Under the pieces are notes generated by a model. It worked only from the letters and a program-made list of their open reading frames with translations, ran no database searches and had not been told where the DNA came from. 58,680 nucleotides of DNA from a virus, in the IMG/VR virus record IMGVR_UViG_3300037243_000038, positions 1 through 58,680 of that record; one strand, 5' to 3'. Shown here piece after piece: positions 18,299 through 26,814 of the stretch; positions within the stretch are counted from its first letter, which is position 1, and each line of letters starts with the position of its first letter. A program made the translations under genes and the position numbers.

Positions 18299-19327
18299 TC
18301 AATGCCACCTCTTGTAGTAGTCCATGACCTGCGTGATTTCGGGAGCCAGTGCCCAATCGCGATAGGCGGTCGTGCCGAGCGCCGCGATAGCCTCAGATTT
18401 CAAGTCCCAATGTTTACGGCGAATCAAGGACGTTGCCACCATCTGCGCGGTGCGGAGCTGGATGTCTTCCGGCGCGCCCGTAGCGGTGTAGCTCAATACG
18501 ATCTGTGCTCCTGCATCTGCCGCACTAAAGAGGTACGCACCGGTGGAGAGGACGCAGTATTCGCCGACACTGGGAGCCACCAACACGGGCAAGAGAGGCG
18601 CTTCGTCTGCGAAGTAGGCAACCGTACCATCCAGCAGCACTGGAGCCTGTAGCGCCCGCACAACGTAATACTGCGATAGCGGTCCGAGGCATTCCCATGT
18701 CGCGCGGCTGTCTGGGGTCTGCTCGCCGATTACGGTTTGCCATAGAGGCGAAACGGTCCCGGTTTGCCCAGCCTTAACGCACTGCTGCACGTTAACTCCA
18801 TCGAAAATAATCTGATTCAGGCCGATATTCCCAGCAGCCCACGCGCCCGGCGTACCGGGAACGTTCTGCACCTCGCCGGTCACGATCTGTGCGGTAAAGC
18901 CAGCGCTGTACGTGACTTCCACGTTCTGCGTGCCGCGGTGAAACCGATAGCTGCGAAGGATTAGGCTCTTGCGGTCTGAGTGCATCGCCCATCCGGGGAT
19001 CGTTGCGCCTGTAGATGGCGGAATCGGTACACCGTTGACAGTGACCGAAGCCACAGAGAGAACCGGGAACTGGTCCAAAAACAGACGGTCATTGTTGTGG
19101 CCGTCGTAAGTCTCATCGAAGCTCAGCGCCTGGCTGAATGGCGACTGGTTGGTAATCTGCCAGTCCTTCGGCCCGCGCCCGGTGTAGCGCATCCATTCGC
19201 GAGAGGCTGAGGTAATCGCCAGTTGAATGTTGGCGTCGTCGCTTTTGACCAGCGAGGCATCGCCATAGGCGCTCATCCAGCTCTTCACTGCGGCAACGGT
19301 CGTCAGGTCCACTAGCGATGGGTTCAT
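18299..19327 (-). CDS. Head-tail adaptor (gp6-like N-terminal domain) with a long C-terminal extension
   Basis: LVDLTTVAAVKSWM....DDANIQLAITSASREWMRYTGR resembles the gp6-like connector. 342 aa is much longer than usual. Confidence 0.6.
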   Translation of the reverse strand: MNPSLVDLTTVAAVKSWMSAYGDASLVKSDDANIQLAITSASREWMRYTGRGPKDWQITNQSPFSQALSFDETYDGHNNDRLFLDQFPVLSVASVTVNGVPIPPSTGATIPGWAMHSDRKSLILRSYRFHRGTQNVEVTYSAGFTAQIVTGEVQNVPGTPGAWAAGNIGLNQIIFDGVNVQQCVKAGQTGTVSPLWQTVIGEQTPDSRATWECLGPLSQYYVVRALQAPVLLDGTVAYFADEAPLLPVLVAPSVGEYCVLSTGAYLFSAADAGAQIVLSYTATGAPEDIQLRTAQMVATSLIRRKHWDLKSEAIAALGTTAYRDWALAPEITQVMDYYKRWH

Positions 19328-19330
19328 GCG

Positions 19331-19645
19331 TTATCCCTCAAAAATTGCGATCCAGCGACCGTTGTAAACCTGCCAGCTATGGAGCTTGCCGGATTGGTTG
19401 TTGATCCCGTCTTCGAACTCAGTGCGCGACTCGTACTCCTTAACGCTCAACCGTGTGGAAGAAACCTTAACGACCTCGCCCTTAATAACCTCTTCCACGA
19501 TGACGTTCGGCGGGGAAAGAGTAATCGGAGATTGCGGCCTCGGACGCGGCGGAAGGCATGGTGGAGGAGGGCTAAAGTGTTCTGGCTTGGGGGAAACGTA
19601 CCCCTCACGCTGGATCTTCTCGGGCGATATTACTTTCTGTCTCAT
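19331..19645 (-). CDS. Hypothetical protein with a Pro-rich centre
   Basis: 104-aa ORF immediately after a strong terminator. No family recognised. Confidence 0.5.
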   Translation of the reverse strand: MRQKVISPEKIQREGYVSPKPEHFSPPPPCLPPRPRPQSPITLSPPNVIVEEVIKGEVVKVSSTRLSVKEYESRTEFEDGINNQSGKLHSWQVYNGRWIAIFEG

Positions 19646-19658
19646 TTCGGATACCTCA

Positions 19659-19699
19659 GAAAAAACGGGGCCGGCGACTGTGTTCCGTATCGGCCCCGT
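19659..19699 (-). terminator. Strong rho-independent terminator after the capsid / 155-aa gene pair
   Basis: Minus RNA: ACGGGGCCG-17 nt-CGGCCCCGU (9-bp perfect stem) followed by UUUUUUCU. Confidence 0.8.
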
Positions 19700-19720
19700 A
19701 GGAGCAATGCAGCGATATAT

Positions 19721-20188
19721 TTAGGAACTCAGAACGGAATGCCACTGCTTGATGCCCGCACAAGAGAATGTCGCTGTCTTCCCGGCTGCAATCGCGAACG
19801 CGGCATTGGCGGCCAGCGCATTGATGATCTCCCCGGCAATTGGGAATACATTCATAGAGTTGGCGGCGGCAGCATTAATAACCGTGGTTGTGATTCCCGG
19901 AACCGCCATGGGAAGTTTTACGGAATCATTGGCGCTTGACACCGTAGTAACTCGATTGATGGCCGCCGTAAGTGCAAGAGCAGACGCTTGACCGCCGCCA
20001 GCAGTCGCGATGAGTGCATCCGCTGGAGTCTGGATAAAGACGCAGCCCGCCTGTATGCATTCCGCAACGTCAGAAGGGTTGGTTACAGTAACCGTCCCTT
20101 GAACGTTGGCGGTGTATCTGTTCCCGCTTTTACAGATGATCGTGGTTACACCAGCGACAATCTGCAATGTCACACTATAAGCCATCAT
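19721..20188 (-). CDS. Hypothetical head-associated protein (decoration candidate)
   Basis: 155 aa, Ala/Thr/Val-rich. Lies between the capsid gene and the terminator. Confidence 0.45.
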   Translation of the reverse strand: MMAYSVTLQIVAGVTTIICKSGNRYTANVQGTVTVTNPSDVAECIQAGCVFIQTPADALIATAGGGQASALALTAAINRVTTVSSANDSVKLPMAVPGITTTVINAAAANSMNVFPIAGEIINALAANAAFAIAAGKTATFSCAGIKQWHSVLSS

Positions 20189-20207
20189 GGGCTCCTCTCC
20201 CCGGCGG

Positions 20208-20236
20208 CTAGAAGCCAGTTAAATACTGGCCTCTAG
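20208..20236 (-). terminator. 12-bp stem-loop just 3' of the major capsid gene (RNA stabiliser/attenuator candidate)
   Basis: CTAGAGGCCAGT-ATTTA-ACTGGCTTCTAG on the minus RNA (one G-U pair). No U-tract. Confidence 0.45.
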
Positions 20237-20256
20237 CGCGCAGAGTGGTGAGATTA

Positions 20257-22014
20257 TTAGTTTTTAGCGTAACCGCCAATGCCGGTGATCTGACCAGCGA
20301 TCCACGGCAGGTAGTGCGCCAGCACCTCATCAACATAAGTGCCGAACGTGTACTGCCGCGTGGTGCGTGGCCAGTCTTCCGAGTTGTAATCGCGGCGTAC
20401 CAGCATCGCCACCGTCTTATCCAGACGGCTCTGCGGGTACGGATTGTCCTCGATGTCGAAGTAGATCGTCCCTGCTGGCAGCATGGGGTGAATGTTTAGC
20501 GGAATCGCAGCCGATCCGCCCATCGCACCCACAACATAAGGCGAGAGGTAACCGGAGACAATGTTTCCGCCGAGCATGTTGCCCTGCTGATCGCGCGTCA
20601 GGTTGATAATCTGGCTCTTCATCCCAGATCCGCCGTAGAGGATGGCCCCGCGAGCAGCATTAATTGCATCCGCCGAACCCCAGATGGCCGAAACGCCGCA
20701 CTGGAAGCTGGTGAAGATATAGAGCAACGCAGCTTCGAACTCGACGATAGTTCCGTCTTTACCTGGAGTCAGTAGACCGCCCAGCATATTAACGGAGTAA
20801 GCGCCTGCAGTAACGGCGTTCATGGTCAGCAGTCCGGAGAAGTCGGTTGCGTTGAAGCTGCTGTCCACATTCAAGCCAGTTGCCGAGCCCGTCTGCGTGC
20901 CAGCCGCAGCGCCGATCACGGTGTAGGTCGGGAGCGTGGTAATGGCGGCCAATTTGGCGTTGGCCAGCGTGCCCGTGTTGGTGGCCTCAATATCCACGAA
21001 CCATGCGTAGCTGTATGCGCCTTTGATCGGGGTCGCAGTCGCCACAACCTGATTGTTACCCGTGGTGGTTTGCAACGGGGCAGAAATCGCCGAGATTGCC
21101 GAGGTTCCGCCGTTGACCGTGATGGTATTGTTGGTTCCCGGCGAAGTGTAGGTGTAGGTCGGAGTCAAGCCAGCCGCAACCGAGGGAACCGGAACGTAGC
21201 CGTACTGCGCGTTGTTGGGGTTGCCGAGCGCGGTGATTGCCACACATGCGACCGAGACGTACTGCCCGGTGGTCAAGCCCGCGCCGCTCTGCAGCGCCGT
21301 GGTCGGAGTTGCTGGCGTGCCGAGACGGAAGCCGAGCCCCGTCGAGGTATTGCCGTTGTTGCCCATCCAGATCAGAGACTCTTCCTGGAGGAAGATCTGA
21401 TGCAGTGAACGGATCTTCTCATCCGCCAGCACATCGGTAAAGCCTTCGCCGCCCCACTGCGCTTCATCGGTTACCGCACGCTCCACGCCGACCTGCGCGT
21501 ACATCGTGAGGTAGTTGATTTCGTCCGGCGTTGCCGTCTGGACGCGGTTACCTTCGGTAGCGCCACCGTACGGCGAGCCGAGGTTGCGGGTGGCCTTCCA
21601 GTGTGCCGCATTGCCCCAACCGGCGTTTTGCTTACCGACGCGGGGAATCTTGTTGCGCTTCGGCGTGTTAACCGGGTACAGCAAGTACGCAGGTCCTCGC
21701 AGGTCGTAGAAGTCGAAACCAGAGGTCGAAGAGACTCCAGCCTTGGCAAGCGAGCCGGACTGGTAGGCCTCGATGTATTTTCGGACGAGGCCTTTGGCGA
21801 CCTTCTCGCGCATCTTCTGATCCGAGTTGTACTTCTTGACGGCATCGGTGTCGGAAGCATTGGGAGCGTCGGGCGCTTCCTTGTATTTGTCGATCATGGC
21901 AACGTCGTTCTGAGCGAGAGCTTTTTCTTTCAGGCTCTTGTTCAGGGAATAAAAAGCCTGGGTTCCAGCCTGATATTGATCGTAGCTGGCAGCGGCCTTG
22001 GTAGCGGTAAACAT
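20257..22014 (-). CDS. Major capsid protein (large, 585 aa)
   Basis: Directly follows the protease/scaffold gene. Strong RBS (AAGGAGA). Flanked by a stem-loop. No sequence family confirmed by eye. Confidence 0.65.
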   Translation of the reverse strand: MFTATKAAASYDQYQAGTQAFYSLNKSLKEKALAQNDVAMIDKYKEAPDAPNASDTDAVKKYNSDQKMREKVAKGLVRKYIEAYQSGSLAKAGVSSTSGFDFYDLRGPAYLLYPVNTPKRNKIPRVGKQNAGWGNAAHWKATRNLGSPYGGATEGNRVQTATPDEINYLTMYAQVGVERAVTDEAQWGGEGFTDVLADEKIRSLHQIFLQEESLIWMGNNGNTSTGLGFRLGTPATPTTALQSGAGLTTGQYVSVACVAITALGNPNNAQYGYVPVPSVAAGLTPTYTYTSPGTNNTITVNGGTSAISAISAPLQTTTGNNQVVATATPIKGAYSYAWFVDIEATNTGTLANAKLAAITTLPTYTVIGAAAGTQTGSATGLNVDSSFNATDFSGLLTMNAVTAGAYSVNMLGGLLTPGKDGTIVEFEAALLYIFTSFQCGVSAIWGSADAINAARGAILYGGSGMKSQIINLTRDQQGNMLGGNIVSGYLSPYVVGAMGGSAAIPLNIHPMLPAGTIYFDIEDNPYPQSRLDKTVAMLVRRDYNSEDWPRTTRQYTFGTYVDEVLAHYLPWIAGQITGIGGYAKN

Positions 22015-22078
22015 AGCTTGGTATCTCCTTCTAGAGATTTATGAGGTGATCTTGTGTGGCCGGATTGCGCGGCTGGGA

Positions 22079-23743
22079 TTACAGACCGGTATCGTTCGGG
22101 GAAAGCTTGATCAAAGATTCTTTCACTACGCCCTCGCCGAAACGTGGGACGGGAGTGGTATCTTTTGCGCCCTTGTTGAGTTCGGCGACGGGTTCAGTTC
22201 CAGCAGCAGCTTCCGGCTTAGGCTGAGGTAGCGGCGCAACCAGCGTCGACTCCAAAGCCTTCTGCATCTGCACGGCGACGGCCTTCTTTATTTCCGCCTG
22301 AAGTTCAGGGTTTTCCCGCATGTCGGCAACAGCTTTTTTGACCAGGTCCTGCATGGTCCCGGTAACTTCCCCAGAGACATCGCCAGAGTTCGCGGCCTTG
22401 GCAGTCTTGGCGGCTTTGTCTGCCTCTTCCATGTCCTTCGCACACTTGTCGCACTTCTCGGCGAAAGCACCGTGCGCCTTGGCGATCTTGTCCTCGGATT
22501 TTGCGGCGGCCTTATGGCACTTCTTGTCCGCGTCGCAAACATCTTCATTTTCCGACGCTGCGGCATGAGCCTTGGCTACATCGGAGTGAGCCTCGCCTAC
22601 CGCTTTGTGCAGTTTGGCGCACTCTTTGAGGTGACCGGGCAGGGTGGCGCTGGACTTCTCCAGATCGTTTCCAGCTACATCTTTAATCATGGTTTTCTGT
22701 TCTCCTTGCGCCTTGCGCGCGGTAAGTTCGGCTGTTTCGTGCTCCACAAGCTGCTTCAAAATCTCAGCTCCGCTTGCGATAAACTCGTCAAGATCGTCGG
22801 CAATCTCCAGGTCGGTGGGATCGTTTTCGTAGGCTGCCTCGGCAATGCTGGAATTTCGCAGATAGGCAGCGGATGCGAGAAGCTCGGCGAGCTGGCCAAT
22901 CTGGTACATTCCCTTTTTAATGTCCTCGGCGGTAGGTACATCCTTGGCTGCGAGCGCGCCGAGTTCCTTGGCGATCTCGCCAACCTTTGCCTTTACCGCT
23001 TCCGGTTTTGGCTTCGGCGTAGGCGGCACTGTAATTTCCTTTGCCATCTCGTTTTCTCCGGCGGCCTTCACCGCGTCAAAGTGCGCATCCGCTACGCACG
23101 GGTTATCTACCACGCTCATCTCGGCCACTTCCGGACCGAAGCGAATCACTACCGGCTTTTCGCATTGCGGACAATCGCAGCCGTACTCAATGTTGGTTCC
23201 GCAGACGTTGCACTTGCGCCAGTCGTACGAGCCGCCCTGGGAGAAGCCAGTGAGCACGCCGTCTTTCACCATCTGCCACGCTTGATCGTCGCTGATGTAG
23301 GTGCCGCCGTAGACTTCCTTGGCGTCGTCGCGGTACTCAATGGAGATAACTTTCCCCACCGGGGTCATGGAGTGCTGAAAGCGGACATTCCCGAGCGAGA
23401 CGCTCTGCCCTGATCTCGAGGTCGCGTCCTTGGCTTCCTTGGACCACGACTTAAAGGCCGCTTTCGCGGCCTCGTAGTCGCAGATTTCGCCGGATTTGTC
23501 TTCCGCTTCGTTGGTGAAGATGCCCCACGCTTCGCGCTTGTCGCTGTCAATCTTGGCGATGCGAAAACGCTTCTCGTAATGGTGGAGCGAAGCGTCGGCA
23601 TCTTTCAGCGCCTGGGCCTCGGACTGTTCGGCGGTGAGCCCGCCAATAAGAGCTTTCTGGTAGGCTCCATTCCACGCCGCGCGCCACGTAGTGCGCTTCA
23701 CGGCGGGAACATGGCTCGGCACTTGCGCGTCGCTTTTAATCAT
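22079..23743 (-). CDS. XkdF-like prohead serine protease fused to an acidic/Ala-Lys-rich scaffold-like C-terminal half
   Basis: KIDSDKREAWGIF..DKSGEICDYEAAKAAFKSW..RFQHS..ISDDQAWQMVKDGVLTGFSQGGS matches the XkdF-type protease pattern. Embedded CNVCG..CDCPQC zinc ribbon. The C-terminal ~300 aa are coiled-coil-like. Confidence 0.7.
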   Translation of the reverse strand: MIKSDAQVPSHVPAVKRTTWRAAWNGAYQKALIGGLTAEQSEAQALKDADASLHHYEKRFRIAKIDSDKREAWGIFTNEAEDKSGEICDYEAAKAAFKSWSKEAKDATSRSGQSVSLGNVRFQHSMTPVGKVISIEYRDDAKEVYGGTYISDDQAWQMVKDGVLTGFSQGGSYDWRKCNVCGTNIEYGCDCPQCEKPVVIRFGPEVAEMSVVDNPCVADAHFDAVKAAGENEMAKEITVPPTPKPKPEAVKAKVGEIAKELGALAAKDVPTAEDIKKGMYQIGQLAELLASAAYLRNSSIAEAAYENDPTDLEIADDLDEFIASGAEILKQLVEHETAELTARKAQGEQKTMIKDVAGNDLEKSSATLPGHLKECAKLHKAVGEAHSDVAKAHAAASENEDVCDADKKCHKAAAKSEDKIAKAHGAFAEKCDKCAKDMEEADKAAKTAKAANSGDVSGEVTGTMQDLVKKAVADMRENPELQAEIKKAVAVQMQKALESTLVAPLPQPKPEAAAGTEPVAELNKGAKDTTPVPRFGEGVVKESLIKLSPNDTGL

Positions 23744-23788
23744 AGGAATTGAACCTCGGAGTTACTTAAACGAATGAATTTCGTACAT

Positions 23789-23814
23789 AGAAAAGCCGCC
23801 CCGAATGGAGCGGC
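23789..23814 (-). terminator. Rho-independent terminator closing the Dps/exported-protein unit
   Basis: Minus RNA: GCCGCUCC-AUUC-GGGGCGGC followed by UUUUCUAU. Confidence 0.8.
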
Positions 23815-23848
23815 CTGCTTGGTACTGTCGTGCTGATACCGACGCTGC

Positions 23849-25531
23849 CTACGTCCCGCTGCACACGGCTGCGGATGAGGTGATATTCCCGGAAGTATCT
23901 ACGCAGACATAGCGCGTGCCGGTAGTTGCTTTAATTGAGGGAACCTGAAAAGCTTTTCCGGTTTGCAGGTACAGCCCACCAGAAGTAATCTGCGCCGTGG
24001 TTGAGCCACCAACCTGCAAGTTCATCGAGTTCGTTGCTGCGTTGAGGAACATAAAACTGGGTGTCTGTATGAGGTTAGTTGACCCCTGAAAGAACATTCC
24101 AGTGCTCAATAGCTGAATCATTGACGTGCCGTTCGATTGGAAAATTGTATTGTTACCGGCAGAATTGATGAAGAGGGCTCCAGTCGCCTTGATCGTGTCG
24201 CCCGTCCCCGGCATAGATAACGTATTCGTCAGCCCTCCGACAGAGAACGTCCCCGCCGTGCCAAAGGCCCCACTAACATGCGACCGGAAAGCGCCGGACA
24301 TATTGGTGTAGTTCTGCCAAAACGCGCCGTAGTACATATTGCTGCCCGAAGCGTCCTGCACTGTTGAACGGTCGTAGGTCGAAAAGCAAGTGTTGAAAGC
24401 AGATAGCGAGTCGAGATTGTATGTCCAAGAGGAGGCGCTTTGCGCGGTGATGAGCGTGCCGAGATAGTTGTTGTAAGCATTACTCAAATTGAAGCCGTAA
24501 AGCCAGGCTCCCTCCAGGTCGGCATCGTAAATCCCGATTCCTGAAACTCCGGCAGGCCCACCGATGAGGGAAATTGCCGAGCCCGTATAATCACCACCGG
24601 AAAGTTGAATTTGTGGGCGTATGACAGTGATGTAGTCCAAGGTCAGGGCGCTCCCCGAAGTTGGAGCCGCCGTGGTAAATACAAGTCCTGCTTTGCTCGC
24701 AGTGTTGTTTCCATTGGCCGCCGACTTCGGATAGGTTTGCGCCATCAGATCAATCCACACCGAGTTACCCGGTTGATCGTAGCTGTTCTGCGAGGTCGCA
24801 CGAACCAGCGTATTAACCGCCGTCGCGTTGATACGCTCCAGCCCAAATCCGGCAAAGTTGGTTACAGCGATTGCTGTATCCGAGCTGCAGCACGTTGGGT
24901 TGCCATAGAATTGCAGATCACGCCAATTCGAAAAGGCGATACCGTCAATGCCATTTCCGCCCAGATTGATCGCCGTCGCCCCGAAGTTCTGGAAACCCAA
25001 TCTATTAACGTTTACGCCACGCAAACCGGAACCACTGAAACAGGTTCCTCCATGACAATCAAACCACGTTCCCCCCGCAGGTTGCATAGTACCTTCCGGT
25101 ACATTTGCGGCAATGTAGGTGGTTTGCGGCATCACTCCGCGAAGCGATACCCCAGTCTTCAGAATAGCGGGGCCGGATGCGATCAAGTAACGAACCGATG
25201 GAGATGGAAACCAAACTTCTCCGCTATGCCCGAATGCTGCATTGATGGCAGCCTGAATCGCCGCCGTGTCGTCGGTGACTCCATCTCCCTTCGCGCCATA
25301 GGCGGCGGCCATCACATTTACTGGCTGCAATCCATCTGCGATTAGCGCCGTCGCGCCCACCGCGAGCGACCCTGGATCGGTGACCACTTGCGTGGCTCCC
25401 GAGCTGGTTGATGTCCAGCCAGCAGGAAGATTCGCAACCCCTGTGACGTTTGTCCCCGTGCCGTTGACTTGAGTTTGAGCGATCGAGGCTCCCGAAAGCA
25501 ACAGCAGTGCGAGCAGAATTCTAGCTTTCAT
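23849..25531 (-). CDS. Secreted right-handed beta-helix protein (pectate-lyase-superfamily / polysaccharide depolymerase-like)
   Basis: Sec signal MKARILLALLLLSGASIA-QTQ. NVMAAAYGAKGDGVTDDTAAIQAAINAA is the hallmark N-terminal motif of pectate_lyase_3-type beta-helices. Confidence 0.8.
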   Translation of the reverse strand: MKARILLALLLLSGASIAQTQVNGTGTNVTGVANLPAGWTSTSSGATQVVTDPGSLAVGATALIADGLQPVNVMAAAYGAKGDGVTDDTAAIQAAINAAFGHSGEVWFPSPSVRYLIASGPAILKTGVSLRGVMPQTTYIAANVPEGTMQPAGGTWFDCHGGTCFSGSGLRGVNVNRLGFQNFGATAINLGGNGIDGIAFSNWRDLQFYGNPTCCSSDTAIAVTNFAGFGLERINATAVNTLVRATSQNSYDQPGNSVWIDLMAQTYPKSAANGNNTASKAGLVFTTAAPTSGSALTLDYITVIRPQIQLSGGDYTGSAISLIGGPAGVSGIGIYDADLEGAWLYGFNLSNAYNNYLGTLITAQSASSWTYNLDSLSAFNTCFSTYDRSTVQDASGSNMYYGAFWQNYTNMSGAFRSHVSGAFGTAGTFSVGGLTNTLSMPGTGDTIKATGALFINSAGNNTIFQSNGTSMIQLLSTGMFFQGSTNLIQTPSFMFLNAATNSMNLQVGGSTTAQITSGGLYLQTGKAFQVPSIKATTGTRYVCVDTSGNITSSAAVCSGT

Positions 25532-25541
25532 GGAAGTCCTT

Positions 25542-25931
25542 TCAGCGGAACAGGGATATCTTGCCGGTTACAGTTCCGCCACCGACAATCGAGACCAGGT
25601 TAAGTCGCAGAAAGTTGATCGGCTTATTGACTACGTGACGCATCTCACCTGCCGACCAGTTAGCATCAGTATTGGCGGCCTGATCGAGCATGTACCAGGT
25701 GGCCCCATCGAGCGACCCCTCGAAATTGATGGTCGCTGCACTGATCGTTCCGCTTGCTGCCACCGTCCAGGTGTATGAGTACATCATCGGCTGCACGCTA
25801 TAAATAGTGCCCGGACCGGCGGAATTAGCCGCGTTTAGCGAGGCGTATGGATAGCCGGTGTAGGCAGGGCTCTGCGCTGCTGCCATTGGGGCCAGTGCGC
25901 AGAGCAAGAGAATGACTGCTAGCTTTTTCAT
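25542..25931 (-). CDS. Small secreted protein (beta-sandwich-like)
   Basis: Signal peptide MKKLAVILLLCALAPMAAA-QSP. 129 aa. No family recognised. Confidence 0.6.
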   Translation of the reverse strand: MKKLAVILLLCALAPMAAAQSPAYTGYPYASLNAANSAGPGTIYSVQPMMYSYTWTVAASGTISAATINFEGSLDGATWYMLDQAANTDANWSAGEMRHVVNKPINFLRLNLVSIVGGGTVTGKISLFR

Positions 25932-25955
25932 AGAAGGTGGGCCTGAATTCGTGAG

Positions 25956-26450
25956 TTACTCGTTCTGCGAGATGGAATACAAAAACCAGACACGCCGCTC
26001 CGTGTCATCGATGAGCGACTGCAGGAGATTCTCGGTTGCTCCATCGTTGGCGTCGGCCACCACGGCGAGTGCCTCGCGCTGCTTGACCACCATGGCACGG
26101 TTATCCTCAAGGAGACGAGTTACCATGTCGGCAGCCTCGACGTATCCCTCATCGTCGTTGGCGATCGATGCAAGTTTGGCAACTTCGCCCACGCTGTGCA
26201 GGGTCAACCGCCCCAACTTGCGCACGCGCTCGGCCAACGGGTCAATACTCTCGAGTAACTGATCGGCCTGTTCGTCAAAGAGCAAGTGCAAATCACGAAA
26301 GCGCGGGCCGCTCAAGTGCCAGTGAAAGTTCTTGGTTTTGAGGTACAGCGCGAACGCATCGGCAATCAAGGGATTGAGCGCGGCGGCTACTTTGTCCACC
26401 GCTTCTGCCGGTAGATCACTGGGAGTTGCTAGCGGCTGACGTATTGCCAT
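25956..26450 (-). CDS. dps: Dps-family DNA-protection / ferritin-like protein
   Basis: NFHWHLSGPRFRDLHLLFDEQ ferroxidase-site signature. 164 aa, typical Dps length. Confidence 0.9.
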   Translation of the reverse strand: MAIRQPLATPSDLPAEAVDKVAAALNPLIADAFALYLKTKNFHWHLSGPRFRDLHLLFDEQADQLLESIDPLAERVRKLGRLTLHSVGEVAKLASIANDDEGYVEAADMVTRLLEDNRAMVVKQREALAVVADANDGATENLLQSLIDDTERRVWFLYSISQNE

Positions 26451-26454
26451 ATTT

Positions 26455-26814
26455 CTACACTCCTACCGCGTGTCGGGCCTTGACTTCCAACCGAACCGCA
26501 CGCCTGACGGCCTGCCATTGCTTCGTGTTCATCCCGGCCGGTCGCTTGGGCTTGTTGCTGGTCAGGTAGCCCATCTGGTACTTCAAGTTCTTACCGACTG
26601 AATCCGTTTTCTCAGCCAGCACGTTCGTATGCAAGGAGCCGCGGAGCCTGCGAATCAACCGGCTACGCTCTTCGCGCCGTCCGTTCGCCTGCCCGTACAG
26701 CGTCTCGCGGAGGAAGCGCTTTACCGGGATCGGCGTGGTGTCGTCATGGAGCGCGGCGTACATCTCTGCGCGGGTGGGGGACTGCGGAGATGCTGGAGTA
26801 TTCGGTTCAATCAT
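26455..26814 (-). CDS. Hypothetical basic protein
   Basis: 119 aa. ATGA overlap with the portal-MuF stop. Confidence 0.5.
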   Translation of the reverse strand: MIEPNTPASPQSPTRAEMYAALHDDTTPIPVKRFLRETLYGQANGRREERSRLIRRLRGSLHTNVLAEKTDSVGKNLKYQMGYLTSNKPKRPAGMNTKQWQAVRRAVRLEVKARHAVGV

